Positions 60,276-64,000 of a stretch of DNA of 64,000 bases are shown here, piece by piece. This DNA comes from a bacterium (GTDB lineage Bacteria; Patescibacteriota; Minisyncoccia; Phycocordibacterales; JAGLPS01). Position 1 is the stretch's first letter. Each line of letters starts with the position of its first letter. A program made the translations under genes and the position numbers. The DNA lies in assembly GCA_030690305.1 (NCBI GenBank), contig JAUYHB010000006.1:84574-148573 (forward strand). The letters are read 5' to 3'. The notes beneath the pieces were generated by a model. The model worked only from the letters and a program-made list of their open reading frames with translations. It ran no database searches and was not told where the DNA came from.

Positions 60276-60898
60276 CAAAACCAATTTTGTACATCCTTGA
60301 TTTGGAAAGTACGCTTACTCCGGAAATTTGGGTAACAGTTTCCCAAAAAAGTGGTGTTCAAGATTTACGCGTGACAACACGCGACATTCCCGATTACAAC
60401 GCTCTCATGCGCATGCGAATCGAAATATGCAGAAAAAATAATCTGGCGCTCACGCGTATTCAGGAAATTATAAAAACAATCGAACCGCTTCCAGGCGCTA
60501 TTGATTTTCTTTCACACCTGAAAAGCCAAGGGCCTGTTATCATTCTCTCCGATACGTTTTACCAATTTGCAACACCTCTGATTAAGAAGTTCGATTTTCC
60601 GGCGCTTTTTTGTCACTCTCTCTCGACAGATAAGGAAGGCTTCATTGCTGATTTTCATCTGCGGAAAGATGGGGGTAAGCGTGAAGCAGTTGCAGCACTC
60701 AAGGGCCTGGGATTTTACGTCGTGGCTATTGGAGATTCTCATAACGATACGGCAATGCTTTTTGAGGCAGATAAAGGGTTTTTTATACATGCTCCGGAAA
60801 CAATTGCGAAGGAATTCCCGCAATTCCCTTCTTTTACGTCATATCAGGAGCTGAGAAAGTCACTTGAAGAACTTGCGTTTGAAAATGCCCAAGCGTAG
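60272..60898 (+). CDS. thrH: HAD-type phosphoserine phosphatase/homoserine phosphotransferase ThrH
   Basis: About 205 aa. LDLESTLTPEIW motif I, ILSDTFYQFATPL, GDSHNDTAML and FHAPE follow the ThrH pattern nearly residue for residue. Confidence 0.8.
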   Translation: MTKPILYILDLESTLTPEIWVTVSQKSGVQDLRVTTRDIPDYNALMRMRIEICRKNNLALTRIQEIIKTIEPLPGAIDFLSHLKSQGPVIILSDTFYQFATPLIKKFDFPALFCHSLSTDKEGFIADFHLRKDGGKREAVAALKGLGFYVVAIGDSHNDTAMLFEADKGFFIHAPETIAKEFPQFPSFTSYQELRKSLEELAFENAQA

Positions 60899-60945
60899 GA
60901 TGTGAGAAGAAAATTTCTTTGGAAACAGGAGAAAGGAGGTAAGAA

Positions 60946-61569
60946 ATGGGAAAAGAGTTGCGTTGGGGTCCTATTGAAATCGTTTTGGATTTCCTTATCG
61001 AGCACACGCTTGTTGAAAACTTGCCTGTCACAGACGGCATTTTTGTTTTCGGCCATATCCAACCATTAGTGGCACATCATGCCGCCCGCCTTTGGAAGGA
61101 AAAAAAATCGGACAAGATGATAATTGTCGGGGATAAGGGAAACTATCCCATACCTCCCACTTTTTCCACAAAAGCCGATTTTTACGCCGCCCTTGTAAAA
61201 GAAAGGGGGGTGCCGGAAAGTGCTCTCATTCTAGAAAGAGAGTCCGGTAACGTTCTGGAAAATGTTTTGTTCGGATTAAAAACCTGCCACACGTTTGATT
61301 TCTTTCCAAAAAGTCTTACATTGTGCGCTCTTCCTCCGCTCCTGAAAAGATGCGGGGCGACGTTTCAAAAACAGTTCCCCGATATTCTTGTTTACAAAAG
61401 CGCCTTTTCTATGCCGTCCGAGTGGTTTGTCGACGGAAGAATGGTACGCCTCTTGGGAGAAATGGACAGGTTAAGAAAATACGCAAAAAAAGAAGACATT
61501 GTTAAAGTGGAGATTCCAAAACATGTTCTTTCCGCAGAGAGAAAGATGAGGAAGATGTTCGCGCCCTGA
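60946..61569 (+). CDS. DUF218 (YdcF/ElyC/SanA-like) family protein
   Basis: Strong RBS AGGAGG. The core SGNVLENVLF resembles the DUF218 signature. Confidence 0.55.
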   Translation: MGKELRWGPIEIVLDFLIEHTLVENLPVTDGIFVFGHIQPLVAHHAARLWKEKKSDKMIIVGDKGNYPIPPTFSTKADFYAALVKERGVPESALILERESGNVLENVLFGLKTCHTFDFFPKSLTLCALPPLLKRCGATFQKQFPDILVYKSAFSMPSEWFVDGRMVRLLGEMDRLRKYAKKEDIVKVEIPKHVLSAERKMRKMFAP

Positions 61570-61600
61570 CATTATACATGTCGGGGCGTTTTTTATTTTT
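61562..61600 (+). terminator. Rho-independent terminator
   Basis: CGCCCTGACAT-tata-CATGTCGGGGCG followed by T6. It overlaps the stop codon. Confidence 0.6.
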
Positions 61601-61647
61601 TTATAGCAGGAACAACAGCCCGAAACAAAGGTTCAATACCTCGGGGC

Positions 61648-62652
61648 TTACCCCAAGAAACCTTTATTTTTTGCGTGAGAGACAGCCGCGCGAAAGAGAT
61701 TTCGTATGCCAAGTATAATCCCCACACCCCACACAAAAACAAAAACGGCAGGACGGAAAAAAGGAAACTGGGTAAGAAAAAGGGCACCCAAAAGAAAAGC
61801 AAGCAATGTGGGAAATACGTTTTTCGTAAGGTCGGGTAACAAAGTATCGGGTGTTTTTTTAGACCAATCCTTTTCTGACAAAAGGTTTTTTAAAACAAAT
61901 CCGAGAAAAACATAGCAGAGCAGTACAAATATTTGAGGCAGTACCCCGGGCAATGCGTCGGGACGGAGGAGAAATGTGAGGGCAAGATACAAAAGAACAA
62001 GCAGAAATACAAAGAGACCGAATGATTTGGACAATACAATTTCCGAGAAGTCACTTTTTCTCTGGTGTATCAAAAGAAATATCCCGCATAAAACCGCAAG
62101 TACCACTGCAATTGAGATACCCAGGTCACTTATGATTTGCTCGGGCAAGCGTACATTGACCGAGGCATGAAACGTCCCAAGCACAAAAGCCGTCACCAAG
62201 AGATGTTCGCGTGAAGAAAACAATTCCGGCATTGCCCGTGAAAGTCCTTTGCCTATTTCTCCCCCACCAAGGACAAACCGCTCGGAAAGAGCGAGCGGGA
62301 CAATAAAAGACATAATCGGGTGAAGCCACAGGACAAGCATTAGCGTTTCAATAAGAGCGACTCCGCCCAGGGAGAAAATCGGCTCACCCCATGTGGGATT
62401 CCATATGACCTTGGTGATATACGCTTCATAGAAACCAAACAGAACGCCGGCGACAAACAAGGAATCGAAAAGACGTTTCGGATTGGAGCGAAAGACCAAA
62501 CTGCCAAGCACCAAAATATGCAAACCATAAATGAGGAGAATAAGGGGTGTGTTCCCCGAGGTAAAGGCGGCAGGGGTTGAACCGGATATCGCTTCGGCGA
62601 AAAAAACCGATAGCACAACCGCCAGAAGCCAAAATGAAATTTTGGTTTTCAT
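61648..62652 (-). CDS. Hypothetical polytopic membrane protein (about 9 TM)
   Basis: Hydrophobic ORF with no family assignable. Confidence 0.45.
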   Translation of the reverse strand: MKTKISFWLLAVVLSVFFAEAISGSTPAAFTSGNTPLILLIYGLHILVLGSLVFRSNPKRLFDSLFVAGVLFGFYEAYITKVIWNPTWGEPIFSLGGVALIETLMLVLWLHPIMSFIVPLALSERFVLGGGEIGKGLSRAMPELFSSREHLLVTAFVLGTFHASVNVRLPEQIISDLGISIAVVLAVLCGIFLLIHQRKSDFSEIVLSKSFGLFVFLLVLLYLALTFLLRPDALPGVLPQIFVLLCYVFLGFVLKNLLSEKDWSKKTPDTLLPDLTKNVFPTLLAFLLGALFLTQFPFFRPAVFVFVWGVGIILGIRNLFRAAVSHAKNKGFLG

Positions 62653-62755
62653 TTTCTTAATTGTATATCAGAAGATAAATAATGATATGAATTATTATAG
62701 TAAAAACAGGATTGTCTTGTGACAATCCTGTTTTCAGGAAAAAAGAAAGTAGCGG

Positions 62756-63037
62756 TCAGGTGGGCTGGAAATTTGCTTCGAACAAAGCGATTTCTTCTCC
62801 AAAATAAGTCTCAATGAATTTTTCGTGCGCATCGCTGTCTGAGTACCCCTTAATGAGACTTACAATCTGGTTTTGAAATTCTTTTTCACGAATGTGAAGC
62901 AAACGAATTCCATCGCCGTTGATTGTTGTCTCTTCGAAAATTCTCGGTATCACACCCCTCAAGACCCTTGAGAGGCCTCTCAGTTGGTCCGAAGAGACGT
63001 GTCTTTTGTTCATTTCCTCTGTCGCAACGGAATACAT
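62756..63037 (-). CDS. Hypothetical protein
   Basis: ORF only. Confidence 0.35.
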   Translation of the reverse strand: MYSVATEEMNKRHVSSDQLRGLSRVLRGVIPRIFEETTINGDGIRLLHIREKEFQNQIVSLIKGYSDSDAHEKFIETYFGEEIALFEANFQPT

Positions 63038-63196
63038 GGGACACCTCCTTTCTCTGCTATTTCCAAATAACTATTCTAAGGGTTCATTAGAGTAAAATTT
63101 TCATTCTTTGTCAACAGGTATTTCAGGTCCGGTGTAACAAATTTGTTATCATTAATGTTTGCTGTAGCCCCGCATTGTGTGTACAGAAACTCAAAG

Positions 63197-63739
63197 ATGA
63201 AAAAAGATTTGTTCATAATTTTCATAAGTATAGTAATAGCTGTTATGCTCGCCCAAACGGGAGCGTTGCACGCACTTCTCGAAAAAACAAAAGATTTTGG
63301 TATCCTGCAAAGTTTTGTCGCCGGGTTCTTTTTTACATCCGTATTCACCATCGCCCCGGCGATGGTTGCCATCGCCGAGTTGGCAAAAATAGAATCATTA
63401 TGGATTCTTGTTCCATTCGGAGGCCTTGGGGCCGTTGTGGGCGATATGATTATTTTTCTTTTTGTACGGGAACGACTGTCAAAAGATATGACGGCTGTTA
63501 TCGGAAAAATTGTCGGCCGATTTAAATATCGTGCCCTTGTCAGGTCTCTCAATTTCAAACCGCTCCGATGGATTAATCCGATACTTGGTGCTCTTATTAT
63601 CGCCTCTCCTCTCCCCGATGAAATAGGTCTTGCCTTTTTAGGTTTTTCAAAAATCCGTCCCGTGATTGTTATACCGCTTGTGTTTTTGTTCAATTCATTT
63701 GGAATCCTTGCCGTTGGACTCGTCGCACAGGCATTGTAG
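63197..63739 (+). CDS. Hypothetical membrane protein (about 5 TM)
   Basis: Start trimmed to MKKDLFII (the ORF begins at a TTG, 63143). Confidence 0.4.
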   Translation: MKKDLFIIFISIVIAVMLAQTGALHALLEKTKDFGILQSFVAGFFFTSVFTIAPAMVAIAELAKIESLWILVPFGGLGAVVGDMIIFLFVRERLSKDMTAVIGKIVGRFKYRALVRSLNFKPLRWINPILGALIIASPLPDEIGLAFLGFSKIRPVIVIPLVFLFNSFGILAVGLVAQAL

Positions 63740-63748
63740 ACTTCCCGT

Positions 63749-64000
63749 ATGGATAGAAAGGGGTTTGCAAAAGAAATCTGGCGTTATTATCGAAAGCATA
63801 AGCGGAGTTTCCCGTGGAGAAAAACGAAAAACCCTTATCGAATTCTTGTCTCCGAAGTTATGCTCCAACAAACGCAAGCGGAACGCGTCATCCCCAAATA
63901 TGAACAGTTTTTAAAGGAGTTCCCAAATTTTTCCTCCCTTGCACAATCACCTCTTTCAAAGGTGCTTCGCGTCTGGAAAGGTCTTGGGTACAACCGAAGA
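63749..64000 (+). CDS. mutY: A/G-specific adenine glycosylase (MutY/Nth HhH-GPD family), N-terminal fragment running off the window
   Basis: PWRKTKNPYRILVSEVMLQQTQAERVIPKYEQFLKEFP matches the MutY N-terminus. No stop codon before the window end. Confidence 0.65.
   Translation, partial: MDRKGFAKEIWRYYRKHKRSFPWRKTKNPYRILVSEVMLQQTQAERVIPKYEQFLKEFPNFSSLAQSPLSKVLRVWKGLGYNRR

Overview
The window reads as a contiguous chromosomal segment from a small-genome, moderately AT-rich bacterium. Genes are tightly packed, often overlap at start/stop, are frequently short, and many lack a clear Shine-Dalgarno sequence. The genetic code appears standard: RF2 is present and TGA is used as a stop. The gene content is a complete type IV pilus plus ComF competence cluster, GH57/GH15/GT4 alpha-glucan enzymes, an ECF sigma/anti-sigma pair, a SWIB-domain protein, ABC-F, ligA, pyrG, ftsEX, gatCA, plsC and many small hypothetical membrane proteins. 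By inference this suggests a Patescibacteria/CPR-like or similar reduced organism. I call about 90 protein-coding genes and 6 tRNAs (Gln-CTG, Thr-CGT, Thr-GGT, Met-CAT, Asp-GTC, Ser-GCT). I see no rRNA genes, no CRISPR array, and no integrase or transposase. Many rho-independent terminators sit between convergent genes, often overlapping the stop codons. The most interesting points are: (1) a three-gene cassette immediately downstream of tRNA-Gln (UDG-superfamily-like protein, single-pass membrane protein, HNH endonuclease) that looks like a candidate undescribed defence or DNA-repair module; (2) an intergenic element whose minus strand carries three collinear 16S rRNA 3'-end motifs (TTGTACACA ... 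GAAGTCGTAACAA ... CCTGCGGTT) without an rRNA gene; (3) a roughly 120-nt intergenic repeat present twice (435-556 and 42748-42866) with a compensatory base change in a hairpin, a candidate sRNA or MITE family; (4) a GC-rich structured intergenic element (37897-38140) next to a free-standing HTH plus LAGLIDADG-like protein in a tRNA-Met/tRNA-Asp islet that also carries a membrane-anchored HEPN (DUF4145-like) protein; (5) tandem pilin paralogs sharing a long identical core; (6) a prfB gene with no recognisable programmed frameshift site, whose six-frame ORF is artificially extended through the loop of an upstream terminator hairpin. Manually derived coordinates (tRNAs, terminators, internal starts) may be off by 1-2 nt. 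The ORF track uses alternative start codons, so several listed starts are trimmed to the first plausible ATG.
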